A stretch of 64,000 nt of DNA from Takakia lepidozioides (GCA_030704615.1 CM060731.1:5456001-5520000), one strand, 5' to 3'. Shown: positions 13,746 to 26,167, counted from the first letter of the stretch. Numbers and translations are program-made. Notes: a model not told the origin generated them from the letters alone.

Positions 13746-15026
13746 TCAATGTCTCAAATGCGGGTGTTGGATCCTCCTCACCTTCATCTCAAGCTCTTCC
13801 CGCTGGGCAACAGTTTCGGCGAGACGTACACTGATAAGGAAGAAACGGTCTTGTAAATCCTCCAGCTCAGTTTCCTGGGCCTTCGTTTGCTGCCGTAGCT
13901 GTAGGAGCTCGCTGATCACTTGGTCCACGTCCCCAAAATTTTGCAACGCTGCGGCTTGGACATTTTGTTGCTTGGCAAAAGAACTATGCAGCTGCAGTTT
14001 GTACATGTTGTTTACCTCCAAGGCCTCGGCTAATTCTGTTTCAAGAGCAGCAACCCTCTCCAGCATCTTTGTGCCCCCTGGTGCGGCCTCTTTAACTGTT
14101 GGCTTCCTGTCGTCTAGCAGCTGCTCGTTTACCTCCTGTAGATGCTCCACTTCTTTTTGGAGCATCTCCTGCGTGCTAACTTGGAATTGGAGCTCGCGCT
14201 CACGGAGAGCTAGCACCGAATTCTGCTTTTGAAGACGGGTCAACTCCATCTGTAGTTGAATGCCAGAATCGGTTCCTCCTTCTAAAAGCTGCTCGTTTGC
14301 TAGCTCCAGACACTCGATCTTATTCAGAAAGTCACTCTCTTTCTCGCGGAAAGTTTGCTTTAGCGACTCTATTGCAACCGATTTGGACTTCAATGCTTCC
14401 TCGAGGAAGCTGACCTTCTCTCGTAATTCGTAGAGCTCTTTCGCATCCCGTGAATCAGACCTAGGAGACATCGATCCCACAAAACTAGCAGACCTTGAAA
14501 GCGACCTTGTCAGGAGGATTGTGCCATTCCTATCTCTAGCACTCTTCTCTCTCTCGTCCTTGCCTCGTTCCTGTAATTTCTTCTCAGCTCCCTGAGAAAG
14601 CGACTTTTCGAGTCTGACTGCAGAAAGAGCATCCACTTTCTGTTTCAGCTCCACCTCAAGTACCTTCATCCTCTTTCTGAACTCTTCTTTCTCACCTTCG
14701 ACCTCAAACATCTTCTGCTTATATTCAATATTCTGCAATCCCGGGTGATTGGGCTCCGATTGCAGCCCATCTTCCGGGGACCGCGGTGCATCTAGTGCAT
14801 CCGGCTCCGCCTGCAACTGAGGCTTCTCCTCCCCGCCTACAGGCACATTCACAGACTCGACCGTCTTTTCCAACACCTCTGAGGCCAATTCCAAACCCAT
14901 CACTTCTTGCGGGTCCACGCGGTCGGAGTCTGTGTGTTTACCAACCTTTGGCAACTGTGGCCCATCCACTAGAGAATCCAGCCCTCCCTGCAGTCGAAGC
15001 AGTTCGTCCTCCACCACAGCCCCCAT
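13746..15026 (-). CDS. Coiled-coil protein with the C-terminus of plant myosin-heavy-chain-related (NT-C2 family) proteins, single coding exon, ~426 aa
   Basis: Intact E/K/L-rich ORF, first ATG at 15026. C-terminus LETELAEALEVNNMYKLQL..ETELEDLQDRFFLISVRLAETVAQREELEMKVR is typical of this family. An upstream coding exon cannot be excluded. Confidence 0.75.
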   Translation of the reverse strand: MGAVVEDELLRLQGGLDSLVDGPQLPKVGKHTDSDRVDPQEVMGLELASEVLEKTVESVNVPVGGEEKPQLQAEPDALDAPRSPEDGLQSEPNHPGLQNIEYKQKMFEVEGEKEEFRKRMKVLEVELKQKVDALSAVRLEKSLSQGAEKKLQERGKDEREKSARDRNGTILLTRSLSRSASFVGSMSPRSDSRDAKELYELREKVSFLEEALKSKSVAIESLKQTFREKESDFLNKIECLELANEQLLEGGTDSGIQLQMELTRLQKQNSVLALRERELQFQVSTQEMLQKEVEHLQEVNEQLLDDRKPTVKEAAPGGTKMLERVAALETELAEALEVNNMYKLQLHSSFAKQQNVQAAALQNFGDVDQVISELLQLRQQTKAQETELEDLQDRFFLISVRLAETVAQREELEMKVRRIQHPHLRH

Positions 15027-16058
15027 TTCAGACTTAATTCCCCCGATCTCCTGCGTAACGCCCTGCAGCTGCAGTCCCTCTATTTGCACATCGTTGCAAC
15101 TTCATCGCTGGGACCACAGGGATCCACCCGAACTACCTTCCCCACAACCTCTACAATGACATCTCACTCGGTCATTTCCCGCATTCTGGCTCCCTGATCC
15201 CGCAGACCCTTCTCTCTCCCTACAACTCCAGTGGCATGTGATACTTCACCTGTGCGTCTTCACATAATGCAACCTTCAACAGGACCTTCTTCGCGCTGTC
15301 TGCGCTGGAGAGGATAGCGAAAGCGCGAGGAGAGATAGGCGGGCACGCAGATGCAAGTGCAATGCGAGCGGCGCGGTTGCTGCACAGGCTTTCTTTAGTT
15401 ATCATGTCACCTTCTCAGATACCCATAACCCAAATTCTCGTATCCATGATCTGCGCTACCAGAAATAGTTTGAGACTTGCCCATCTCATCGGTAGCAAAA
15501 CATCATGGCAACCCTCATGGAAATGCGAAAAAATGCCATAAGAACGTGAGGGTGCAGGAGGTGAAGGGCTGTTTCAAAATTGTGAGGAGATGGGGGTGTA
15601 ATGAGATGCATTGAGTTGAAGTGGCGCTGCAGTTAGTGCTAATTGGGATTTGGCTTATCTGTTGAGGGGACTGTGGCCCATCACATTAATGGGTTTCGGA
15701 GATTGGGTGGCTGGAGCTGCATACATTGAAGGCCCTTCTTTATTACTTGCTACTTGAAGCGCCCACGAAGTGGATGTAGGTGGGTCCTACCCTTTTTTGA
15801 AAACATCTCAAGGGGGAAAATCCCTTGCTCTTGTCCCTTGCTTTTGTTGATAAAATGAAGAGCAGATTGCGAAATTTCTGAATTTGACTTGTAGTGCTGC
15901 ATCCCAACTTATGTGATTTCCATGGAATCCTCTATGGAATAAACCTTGGGCTGTTGGAATAGAATTTTGGTACTGGATTCTCTTTTAAGGAAGAAACAAA
16001 TTGGGATTTGTTTTTTTCTTTCAAGGATTATCTGAATGTTTTCGAACGGGTCCCAGCC

Positions 16059-18781
16059 TTTTTCTTTTTCTTTTTTTTTTTAAAAACAGGGGGATATGCC
16101 CTGGTTAACTTTATATAAAATGTTTTGGGGGCTAGCCCTAATACATTATTTAGGATTATTTGGGGAAAAAAATTAAAACCCCTAATTGCCATAAGGCACA
16201 CTCACCGTAATCAGTGGATGGAGAACTTAGCCGGAGAGCGACTCCTTTGAGCAAGTAGCAAGACAACTGTGGCGACCAACTGTCTCAAGCGATCAATCAG
16301 ACCATTAATAGTAGAATTGGGATATAATTAGGCTAATCCGATCAGGAAGTTTCCTAGGGATTAGCGACCAGCCAATACCACCGGCTAATTATTGTTCAAC
16401 GGTAGTTGAGCCTAGAAGTTGTCGCTGTGGATTTTATGTGTTTCCAGTTAACCTCCCGGTCGAATTCCGGGGAAGTTTGCGTTGGATGTCTGCACAAAGT
16501 TTAGCCCAGGCCTTACGGGATTCAATACCCAGATCATAGAAGATGAGTGCCATGAATGAGGATATTGAGGTAGTGTTTCCAGAGAAGGTTATGGCGCATC
16601 TGGCTTCCCATAGGTGCCATAGGACGGATCCTCTAAGAGCTTCGAATACAGGGCATGGGAGAGATTTCTATTTGGATTGAGGGTTGTAATTGAGGAGGAT
16701 GTCAGTAACTGATAGAGGCCTGGGGCTCCAGTGTCTATAAAAATCCTTTACAACTGGCCAGATGGTACGGGGGGCCAGGCATCCCAGAAACGCATGCTCT
16801 ATGGTTTCCAGTATACCCACGGGGCAGCATGCGCAGAGGAGCGAGGAATGGAATTGAAGCCACTCCCCCACTTTCAGTACCCTGTTAGCAATCTGCCAGA
16901 GGAGGGTCGCCACCTTGGCTGGGCGTGTCTTGATCCAAATAGATCCCCAGATAATAGACCATTTCTCATTAAGAAATCCGTGGTGGTGCCACCTTGTGTC
17001 CCACTTAGATTGTAATGGCTTAGCTTTCAATAGGGCTTTGTATCCCTGCTTTGTAGAGTAGGTGAAGAATGGGTGGGGACCACTGGGAAAGCTCCATGGC
17101 CATTCCCCCAAATCCAGGGGAAGCTCAGCCAGAGGTCTGCCTAGGATCCAAGAGAATGTATTAACCTGCAGCCATTCGGCGGTGGTTTCCAGGGGTGGCG
17201 GGATAGGGTTCATGTCCTTGGAAGGAAGACTCCATCCACAGATTCTGACCGGGGTTAGGGGGGTCCAGGGAATGTGAATGATTTGATCTGAGAGGAGCTG
17301 AAGCAGCATTGAGCCCTGATTGATGGAGAAGGGGAAGATGGCATGATGCGAGGCAGTGGATTCTTGTACAAAGAAGATCGAGAGGCTGCCTCAGAAGATA
17401 GCCAAAGCCCAGTGGTTGCGCTGAGGCAACGTCGGTCCCAACTACAGGGTGGTTTGCCATAGGGTAGAGATGGATCTCTTGATTTCATCCAGGCCTTTGA
17501 TAGCTCTCGCTTTCCCAACCATTATGGCGATGGTGTCCAGTGATTTCCAGTCCCCATTTGCCCATAAATGACCGATCTGTGAAATTCCAAGGTGATCCTA
17601 GGCTGACCATCGTTTTGCCTCCTTCTTTTGGATAGCCGTTGGAAAGTTAGAATTGAGAAAGAGGCTTTGGCGAATGGTTTCGTAGAATGATGTAGGGTCT
17701 GCCTTTTTCAGGAATTTCCTTAGCTTGTCCCAGGCTCTCCATATGGTTTGCCAGAGCGGGGACCCTACCACCTTGTGTTCAAACCCTTGTGTCGCCCATC
17801 TAAAGGAGGGGTTCCATCTGGCTTTTTTGAGGGCTGAAGCCTGCATCATGTATGGGGCCACAAGGAACTTCCACCACCCCCCTTCTGGGCCAAGAAAACG
17901 AGGAATCCATTTCCCCAGGAGAGCCATTATCTGGGTTTCAGGATCTAAAACCCCCAATCCACCTAGTTTTTTGGGCATACAGATTTGTTTCCAAGCTACT
18001 TGTGGCCTTTTCCCCTGCCCAGCTTTTTGTGCGCCCCATATGAAGTTCCTTAGAAGGCGGGTGATCTCCCTGATATGCTTGGTGTCCGGTCTCCAGGAAG
18101 ATGCAAAGTACCAGATTCTAGCCTCTAAGATTTGTTTGGCTATAAGAGCTCTTCCTGAGATGGACAGATGTTTAGAACCCCAATATGAGAACCCTAAACC
18201 CTAAACCCTAAACCCTACAACCACCCTGGGTCCAAGGGGGATTACAGGGAGAGCGTTGAGACAGTCTCACGTCTGGCGCTTAAAGATTGGCTAGGATTGG
18301 GGCAAATCTCTGATCGTCCGAAAGGCCAATGCCAAAGGTGTATCCCAGCAGTATTGTAGATTCACCTGGCTGAAGCCATTTGAGGCCATGTTGGGAGCCC
18401 CAGGTTGGTGGTGGGCCCAAGGTGGTAGCCGTGAGGTCACCCACCAAGAGAGCTGAAGTCTTGTTCCAGTTCACCTTGAACCCAGAGGCCGAGCAGAACG
18501 TGTTGAGTGTGTTTGCCGTAGAGTCCAGATTGGCCGTATCTGCCTGGAGCATGAGGAAGGTATCATCCACAAACATAGAATCTATTATGTAGGTTGCCTG
18601 GTGGGTGTAGAAATTAGTCACCAAGAGGCCCTTGATGGCTGGGTTGTTTTGTAGCATATAGCCAAGAGAGTCGGCCACTATCAGGAAGAGGAAGGGGGCC
18701 AAGGGGCATCCCTGCCTTACAGATCTATGGAGCTCAAAGGGTTTGGAGAGTGCCCCGTTTATAATAACTCTGCTTGTGGAT
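16059..18781 (-). mobile_element. L1-clade LINE, decayed ORF2 3' half with poly(A) tail
   Basis: RT motifs SVRQGCPLAPFLF and SMFVDDT (18280-18780). VAWKQICMPKKLGGLG and zf-RVT region (LLWQIANRVL..C..ETIEHAFLGC). T-run at 16059-16081 is the tail. Contains stops and frameshifts; 5' part cut off at 18781. Confidence 0.9.
18190..18275 (+). repeat. Interstitial telomeric repeat (AAACCCT) x ~4 plus ~58 bp of non-L1 sequence, inserted in L1 ORF2
   Basis: 18190-18217 is AACCCT(AAACCCT)3A. The L1 frame reads PILANL on one side and SYWGSKHLS on the other. Confidence 0.9.
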
Positions 18782-19179
18782 GGGGGGTTGCTATTCCATG
18801 AGCTCATGAGCCATGAGCGGGCATGGCTCACCCATGAGCCGCAAAGTAACACACTTCGAATTTTGGCAGATTTTTTTCGGGCCCAAAACTATAAAATAAT
18901 CGAAAGTAGTATAAGAAGAGAAGGTTTTCGAAGATTTCCGCGCTCATGCTGGAAGCACTCCGCTCATAAGTACCAGTGTCCGCTCATGACTTGGAGCCCA
19001 GGCTCATGGACCGCCAGGCCAGGTCATAGAAAAACTGAATTCTGGGCAATAACGGCACCGAAATTATCCCAGAGGAAGAGACGCAAGCGGAATTAGGATC
19101 CGGGTTTGCAGACTCCGAAAACGCAATGGCGACCTATAACCGTGGATAGTACTGTTGCAGAAGTGCAGGATGGTTGGGT

Positions 19180-19477
19180 ATAACGGCGCCGTAATTGGGC
19201 ACAGGAAAAGAAATAGCCGGCTGAAGGCTTGGGAGTGAAGCCAATAACGGTGCCGAAATTGGGCTCCGCCAACCAAATACCCGGCTGAAGCCTCCGGAGT
19301 GCAGCCAATAACGGCGCCGAAATTGGGCCCCGGAAACCAAATACTCGGCTGAAGCCACCGGAGTGCAGCCGATAACGGCGCCAAAATTGGGGCCCGGAAA
19401 CCAAATACCCGGCTGAAGGCTGGGGAGTGCAACCAATAACGGCGCCGAAATTGGGCTCCGGAGAGCAAATACCCGCC
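19180..19477. repeat. Tandem repeat, 64-bp unit x ~4.7
   Basis: Units start at ~19180, 19243, 19307, 19371, 19435: AATAACGGCGCCGAAATTGGGCCCCGGAAACCAAATACCCGGCTGAAGCC..GGAGTGCAGCC. Confidence 0.9.
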
Positions 19478-20169
19478 TTACGTTGAAGGAGTTTTGCAAA
19501 CTCTCCTGAAACTGGTGCGGATTTGTCTAATAAAAGCACACATGTCGGAGGAAATAGAAGTTCTGCCGCATACGACATTGACAGTGCAGCAATGATATAT
19601 CCCTCTTCCGCCGGCCTCACATGGGCATGTTTTTTTTATTTTGGTTATGTCTATAAATGGATCCGAGGAAAGCATACATTGTGTGGAGATACACGGGTAT
19701 TGTGGCCTATTTCAGCGTCGTTATTGGTCTGTATACTGCATAGTGCTTCCTTGTTACTGCTCTTCATTCAATTTGTGGTGATTTCGCAGCCCATCCTGGC
19801 GTTTTCGTCCACCTTTATGAGAAGACTCCAATTTGCTACCAATACATTGTCAGTGTTCTGCAAATGTGATGCTTTTACAAGATTGCTAGTTTTGTGTCCC
19901 AGTGGGAAGGGTCCTACTGCACATTCTAGCATTTGCATACTGCACCTTGTGCAAACAACAATCCATACGACAAAGGACACATCCCAGCATACTGGCAGTG
20001 AATTGCAAAAAACCTTAACAGAAGATTATCCAAGCATGTATATTGGCACAGGGAAGCTACTTGATTTCCGAATCAAAATGTATGTGCCATGAGTGTCGGC
20101 GAGTCGAAACATGTCTACTCTAGCATGCATGACCTATGGTCCCCTCGCCCAAGAAGAAGGAACTCGAAC

Positions 20170-22822
20170 TGGCCTCTCAAGGACCTTTGTGCAGCTCGTT
20201 GAAACTCAGTGTTGGAGCATGGATGAAGACGTCCACTGCGGATATGCAAATCATGCGCTTCAGAAAATGTAATAAAGGTATTTGCAGGGGACGTATGCTG
20301 CATTCTTCGATTCCATAACAAGGAAGTCCTCACAGTTGCAAGCTGGGTACTGAGAAACCGTGATTGCATACACGACACTGCGCGCAGCAGACCCGGCTGT
20401 TGACAACTGAAATATGCGCCCCATCCCGGGGTGAGGAACATCCCTGCAACCTTGCACTATGCAGGGCATTGCAAGAGCGTTGGCCATCCTGGTGTCGTTT
20501 GCCTTTGTTGGTGGCCGCCGTCTTTTCAATTTCCCCCACCGATGGGTGGGCCAAGCTGCGGGGTCACCCACTGGTATGCGGGGCGAAGAGCTTCTCGTGG
20601 GAGGAGGATGACGACTGGGAATTGGATTTCGTGGAACGTTTGTCCTCTCCACCAGTCGAAACCCTGCACTTCCTAGAGCGTCTGCCTCCTCCAGGGTAAG
20701 ATCTGTACCAGTTGCCACAGGCTAGACTGCTGGTGGTTCAGGCATGCCTTGTACACCATACTTGGGCTTGCCAAACACACACGACATGATGTCGTGCCTG
20801 TAGAACCAAAACTCCTTTAGTGTGGCCTCCACAAACTTTGCGCACACAAATCTCCCTGTGAAGCAAGGGATAGGCACACCGCCCTGCGGGCTCCTCCGAA
20901 TCATCTCATTGCATCTCTGGTTGGTGTCGACACGAACAGCACAACAAAACAGAACAATTGTCAAGTACAGAAATGTGTTACCTGTCTCATGTAGTCTCCA
21001 AACTGGCGGAATCTATAGTGTCACCAGGCAAGCCACGTTTGCAGTTCTGGCTGATCTTTCACATCCACTGCTCCTGAAGACACCCACCAGGCGCGTATGG
21101 TTGCAAACTCGGTCTCTGCCTCGTCGATGGAACTCACATTTTTCCACGCAAGGCACATACTGATATGATCCTGCCGGTGGCGTGACGCCACGAACCTTTT
21201 CGTGTTTTGCGTCAAACTTTGCATGAAGTGGAACCCGCAAGATCTCTCCTTACCTTCCATTGGAGTCTTTGGGTCGTCCCCATATACCCTCCTCACTACA
21301 GCCCAGTTCACCTGGGCATTGTCAGCCATGAAGCCCCTAAAATTGGGAGGGGGCAACTTCGCTCTCGCCATTTGCTCATTAATTCCGCGCCACATATGCA
21401 ACTCCGAATCTGTGTCTTCTCCTTTCATTTCGCAGATAGCAATGGTCATCAACTTTCTGCAATGTGGGTCGTATACATGTGCCCCCATTGTCACCCAATC
21501 GTGGTTGGTAATTTGCCTGATGTGGTCGAACATGACCCAGCAATTTGAGAGGTCTCCACTGGTCATCCGCTTCACCAAATCGACACCGCTCCCCGGTCCG
21601 CACATTGACATCTTAAATATGAAGCACCTGTCCGTCTCTGAGCCTTGACTAGGAAAGAAGTTGCCTTGGATGAAGTCGTAGCCGCATGTGCGCTTCACTT
21701 CCAAGATGGAGTGCATGTCTGATCCTCTTCCGATTCGTTTCTTGCACCCGACAATGTTGTTCCTGACATTGGGGCTGCACACATGGGAGACAGCTTCCAG
21801 CAGCTCCTTCATGTCCCCCTCGCCCAGCTTCTCTCTTGTGCTTCCGTCCTCCGACATTATTCTGCCAATTGCAATTCTATGTGCGGATGCGAGCTGTATC
21901 TGCTTTGGTTTTGCCCCGGCCTGAACCTCACCTCCTCCTTGATAATATTGTGGGCTTGTTGAAAAGCGACTCTGCAATTGCCTCTGGCGACGGGGTGGTC
22001 ATGCTTTCCGATGTGAATGCATGCTCTGGTGCACGCTGGGCCGACGGTCCCGACGTAGTACTGCTTGGCGTTGCACACTGCCATACACGTAGGGGCTGCG
22101 TTGCAATGGGCACACTTGAACGTCCCTGCAGGAACTCTACCTTGAGGCCAAAATGGGGTCGACGAATTGCCAATCCAGTCAGTCTCATTCCGGGTGCCTT
22201 TGCTCGTGTAATGGTAACATGTGCTCGAGAAACATTTAAGATGCCTAGCACACAATACATATCTCACTCGAACTCCATCACCCAGGTTGGACGATGAAGT
22301 TTTGGTGACACACCAAGGGTGGCCGTCATGTTTCTTGTTCATTCCTGCCAGCATGCCGTCTGGGTCTGCGCCTGCTGGCACTGGAGGGAACTCGTAAATA
22401 GCATTCTCATCCACAACTTCAGGCAAAGTTTCCATAGAATGGATTGGAGTTTTGTCGTAATCAAGCCTAAGAAGGTCACTGGAGCGGGAACCCGTTGTCT
22501 TTATCCTCCGCAATATGTCGATTACTGAGCGGACGGAAGTTGAGTCGGAGGGTGTGTGCTCATTGTTTGCCAACTTCTGAACATTCCTAGTGACGGACGA
22601 CTTCAAAACATATGATGGAAGGACCATACAGTCTTCATCGTCACTGGATAAGTCGTGGACGACTGTTTCCCTGTTTTCCTGGATTTCCCTTTTCACATGT
22701 TTGGGCTTCTCTGCTTGTGAAGAGGTGCCCACATCCTTCATGGCAGACTTCACATCTTGCACGCCAGACCCTCTTGTGGAAGGAGGATCAACCAAGTTCC
22801 AGCATGGGAACTCTTTAGGCAC
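20170..22822 (-). pseudogene. MULE-type transposase: GCM-like Zn domain, DDE core, SWIM finger; frameshifted
   Basis: HDGHPW..C..C..C..CAHC..C..HIGKHDHP (GCM/WRKY-like). Core WVMFDH..GAHVYD..FRGFMADNA..CGFHF. SWIM CNCEDF..PCKYLYYIF. Split over ORFs 21857-22822, 21021-21977, 20722-20964, 20260-20718. Confidence 0.75.
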
Positions 22823-22954
22823 GATTTCACCAATTGCACTGTACCGGATGGATTCAGAAGCTGGGAGTGAACTGGAAATTGGATTGTTGTGCCGAAATCT
22901 GGTTATTTTTGTATCATATTTTCATGTTATTCTTTTTTTTTTTCTCCATGGCAG

Positions 22955-25900
22955 GGTAACAGAGAGGGCCTTCGTGGAAACTCATCTGGCACATACGCTC
23001 TACAGAGTGCAAGAAGTGGGAACAGCACCGCTGACAGACTTCCAAAAATCCCTCGATCCCGAGCTGTACAGGAAGTCCCTTGCGAAAGCGGATCGCACCT
23101 GGTACCGACCAACATTGGACGCCATGGTGGAGATCCTCTATTCGGTGAGGTTCATCTCAAATTTCCCGATTTAATGCTATTTGTTGCAGGGATCAGTGGC
23201 CTGACTGTATCCGCTGGGTATGGGAATGCAGACAAACATCAAGGATGACTTGGCCTATGCCAAAAGGCAGTTCTTTGATAATGATGCCCCCAACAAGGCG
23301 GACGCGTCGATAGAGAGTCACATTGTGCAGGCAGGGAGACAATCACGGACCAAGTACAGGTCCAAACTTGTTAAGCAAGTTGCAATCGCTGACCCTGGGT
23401 CTTCATCACATCGCAGTGTCCTGTGTTGAGCCGGCGAAGAAGGTAAGCATGTGTTTGTTCTTGTTTTGTGTCTTCTCACGATTCTCATGATGAAGTTCTT
23501 ATGTCTGACCGATGTTAGGCCATGCAGACTAGGTGGCTACGAATCTGGAACGGCCATACAAACACGAAGCTACTATACCACTTTCCCATCGAGCCAACAG
23601 ACGACAAATGAACGACTGGCTCAATGTGATGACTTGGTGGCATCAGGTATAATTTCCTTCTCTTCTGTGTGTTGGACATCATCGCAATTTCAAATTCATG
23701 AATGTTTTGGAAACCTGCACTGCTGCAGGTACTGACCCACGCCCAGGAGCAATTGGATTGCAAAACCACCACTTTCAAGTTACAGATCGACTGGACGAAA
23801 CCGGAGACAATGGAGAACTACGTGCAGTCTTGGCAAGGGCGCTTCGCAAACCTCTTTTTCAGAGAAATTGCAAAGGCAAGACGCAGCGTATACATCGAAG
23901 AGCAGAAGGGTGCCGACAAAGCGGCAATGCATGTCCTGTTCAAGTAATCCGCTGCCAATGCATCCCCCTATTTGCAGTTTTGGTGATTTAGCTAAGCAGC
24001 GGTGGGTATTGCGGCGCCGAAATATACCTCTGCAAAATGTGAGTGCTGGGTAATTGGGGCACGGTCCACTGCGTATTTCGGTGCCGAAATACCTTGTGCA
24101 TTGAGAACTTCCTCTTGCATGATGCATCAGTAGAATGATTTTTGTTGAACTGCCTCGTGATTGCAGGTACATAAACTTTGCACTCATTCCGTCCGGAGCC
24201 ATTCAAAGAGTTCCACCATTCTTCCTGGCGTGGAGGACACCTGGAGGTCGTGGTACGATGTACATATAAGTAATGGCGAAGGAGTGGCATGCCGAGCATT
24301 TGGTAGACTGTCCCTAGTATGTGGATCTCCCAAGTGGGACCGTTGACCTCTCGGAGGTTAACTTGAAGAAGGAAGCGAATGCCAGGGCTATGAAGGCGCA
24401 ATCGGATCCCCAACCAGAGGACGTGGAAAGACTGAAAGCAGAGGAGGCAGCCAAGCAGAAAGCACTGAGAAAGTCAGCCAAGGCGGCAACGTTGGCGAAG
24501 GAGCAGATGGAGAAGCAGGCAACTGAGCAACCCAAGGACAGGAAGAAAAGAACGCGCAAACAGGGGCAAGAGACGAAGACCCCCACACCCAAGAAGAAGA
24601 AGCAGCAACATAGTCAGCCAGATGACGAGGATTCCTACGACGATTTCCAGCAGGATAACACCCAGGGGGCCACACCTCGTCCGAAAATTTACAAGGGCCA
24701 GCGCTCCGGGGGTTTGGCTGCGAAGAGATCACTATACGAGGATGCACCTGACAAACCCTACCGTGCGGTGCACATTACGGGCAGGGAAGTCCTCAAAACA
24801 TCCACAATTGTGGAGTGTGTTAATGAAAATTTCCTAACTGCTCTGACCAGAAGGCTGGAGAAAACGAGATTGAGGAAGGCGATCGAGGCCCACCAGGGGA
24901 AGGGGAAGAGGAAGGCCACTGGCAATGATATGGAGGACACTCCTGGCTACACAAAGATGATGGAGTATTTTGTGGCGATGAGCCACGGCAAAAAGAGCAC
25001 AGTTGGGGGCAGGGCGGTGAAAGCCTCCATCGACATGATCCTTGTGGATATCCCGGATGGGCAGGAGATACTGGGGCTGGGCTCACTACCCTGGTGGAAC
25101 AAGTACGATGAAAGATACTGGAGCCACACATTCGGGTTCGCAGCCAACATGTTGGACGACGACGGCTGTGTTGTTGTGCTAGCAGCCGATGGAGAAGTCA
25201 CTGAGAATGATATCAAAGTATGGACGGGGAGAAGTGCAGCACCCATCCTGAAAAAGATCTGGACTTGCATCAACACGCAGGGTCTTCTCAACGATGGTCA
25301 GAAGGTATGTTGCGGTTCTCCTCTGCTCTGCCAATTTCTGCGCCGAAATTGCCCATGTACGTGTAGGCCACCTCTCACGTTCTCATTTCCTTCTTTGCAG
25401 ACTCTTATCTTTTAGGCATTCTGCTTCGTGAAGGAACATTCGAAATTCAAATTACGTCAAGCAGGCAGACTTGTTGATTCCACAGTTGATCCACTGGAGT
25501 ATAACGCCCTGTTCAACCATGTGGGAGAGAAGGACATGCTTTGTGATTTGTCGGGCAAGCCTTGGAGGTATGGCAGGACCAGGAGTCATGCATTCATCCA
25601 GACGCTCATGGAAACGTGTACGGATGTTGAAGGCAGGGTCCTCGACGTCACTGCAAATACAGGTTAGAGCGTTAAGTGATTGCGGCACCGAAATTGACAC
25701 CGTTTCCGATTGTGTATGTTTGCTTGCGCGAGGAAGCGAGTCATTCTTGACTTTGGCTGTGGTTGTGTCGTATGAATTTGCAGGTGTCTGTATGTGGGCT
25801 GGAAGGATGTCCAACCGATTAGTGTTCTCATTTGAGGAGGATACGGCCTTATACGATTTCAATTTGGCGGGCCTATAGCGTCTGCCTCCGACTGAGAATT

Positions 25901-26167
25901 ATAATGAGGCGTGAGGCCAAACATGGAATTGTGAAAGGCAGAGTAGGCAAGTTCGTCATAGAATCCGCGTCCGAGAGCGAGGGGGATGATGAGGACAGTT
26001 CCGCACCCAGGTGGACAGTTCCAGCTAGTGAGGATGGTATTTTTGAGGGGAGGGCTTCTCAGAGTAACAGCGGTAGCGGCAATGCAGGTTCGGAGGCAGG
26101 TGGAAGGCAGCCATCCTTGCATGAGGCCGGGGATGCATCGGACAGTGATCGCGGATCCTCACCATAG
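22955..26167 (+). pseudogene. Spliced TE-borne gene with a C-terminal beta-class N4-cytosine/N6-adenine DNA methyltransferase-like domain (N6_N4_Mtase fold)
   Basis: Exons approx 22955-23144, 23190-23442, 23519-23646, 23729-23943, 24167-25304, 25401-25662, 25784-26167. Motif IV-like SIDMILVDIPDG (25021-25060), then FAANMLDDDGCVVV. Splicing gives FIQTLMETCTDVEGRVLDVTANTG/VCMWAGRMSNRLVFSFEED (motifs X-I-II). Premature stops at 25413 and 25876; start not seen. Confidence 0.7.

Noticed and set aside
18255-18276. Hairpin TGAGAC-A-GTCTCA followed by CTGG as a Helitron 3' end
   Set aside because: No A/T insertion site or TC 5' end, the loop is 1 nt, and it does not explain the joined telomere repeats. 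Kept only as a weak alternative.
19180-19477. 64-bp array as a CRISPR array
   Set aside because: Whole units repeat with no unique spacers, there are no cas genes, and the context is eukaryotic. The overlapping ORFs at 19064-19620 are artefacts of the repeat.
19523-20092. 189-aa plus-strand ORF as a gene
   Set aside because: No recognisable domain and C/S/L-rich composition typical of non-coding frames.
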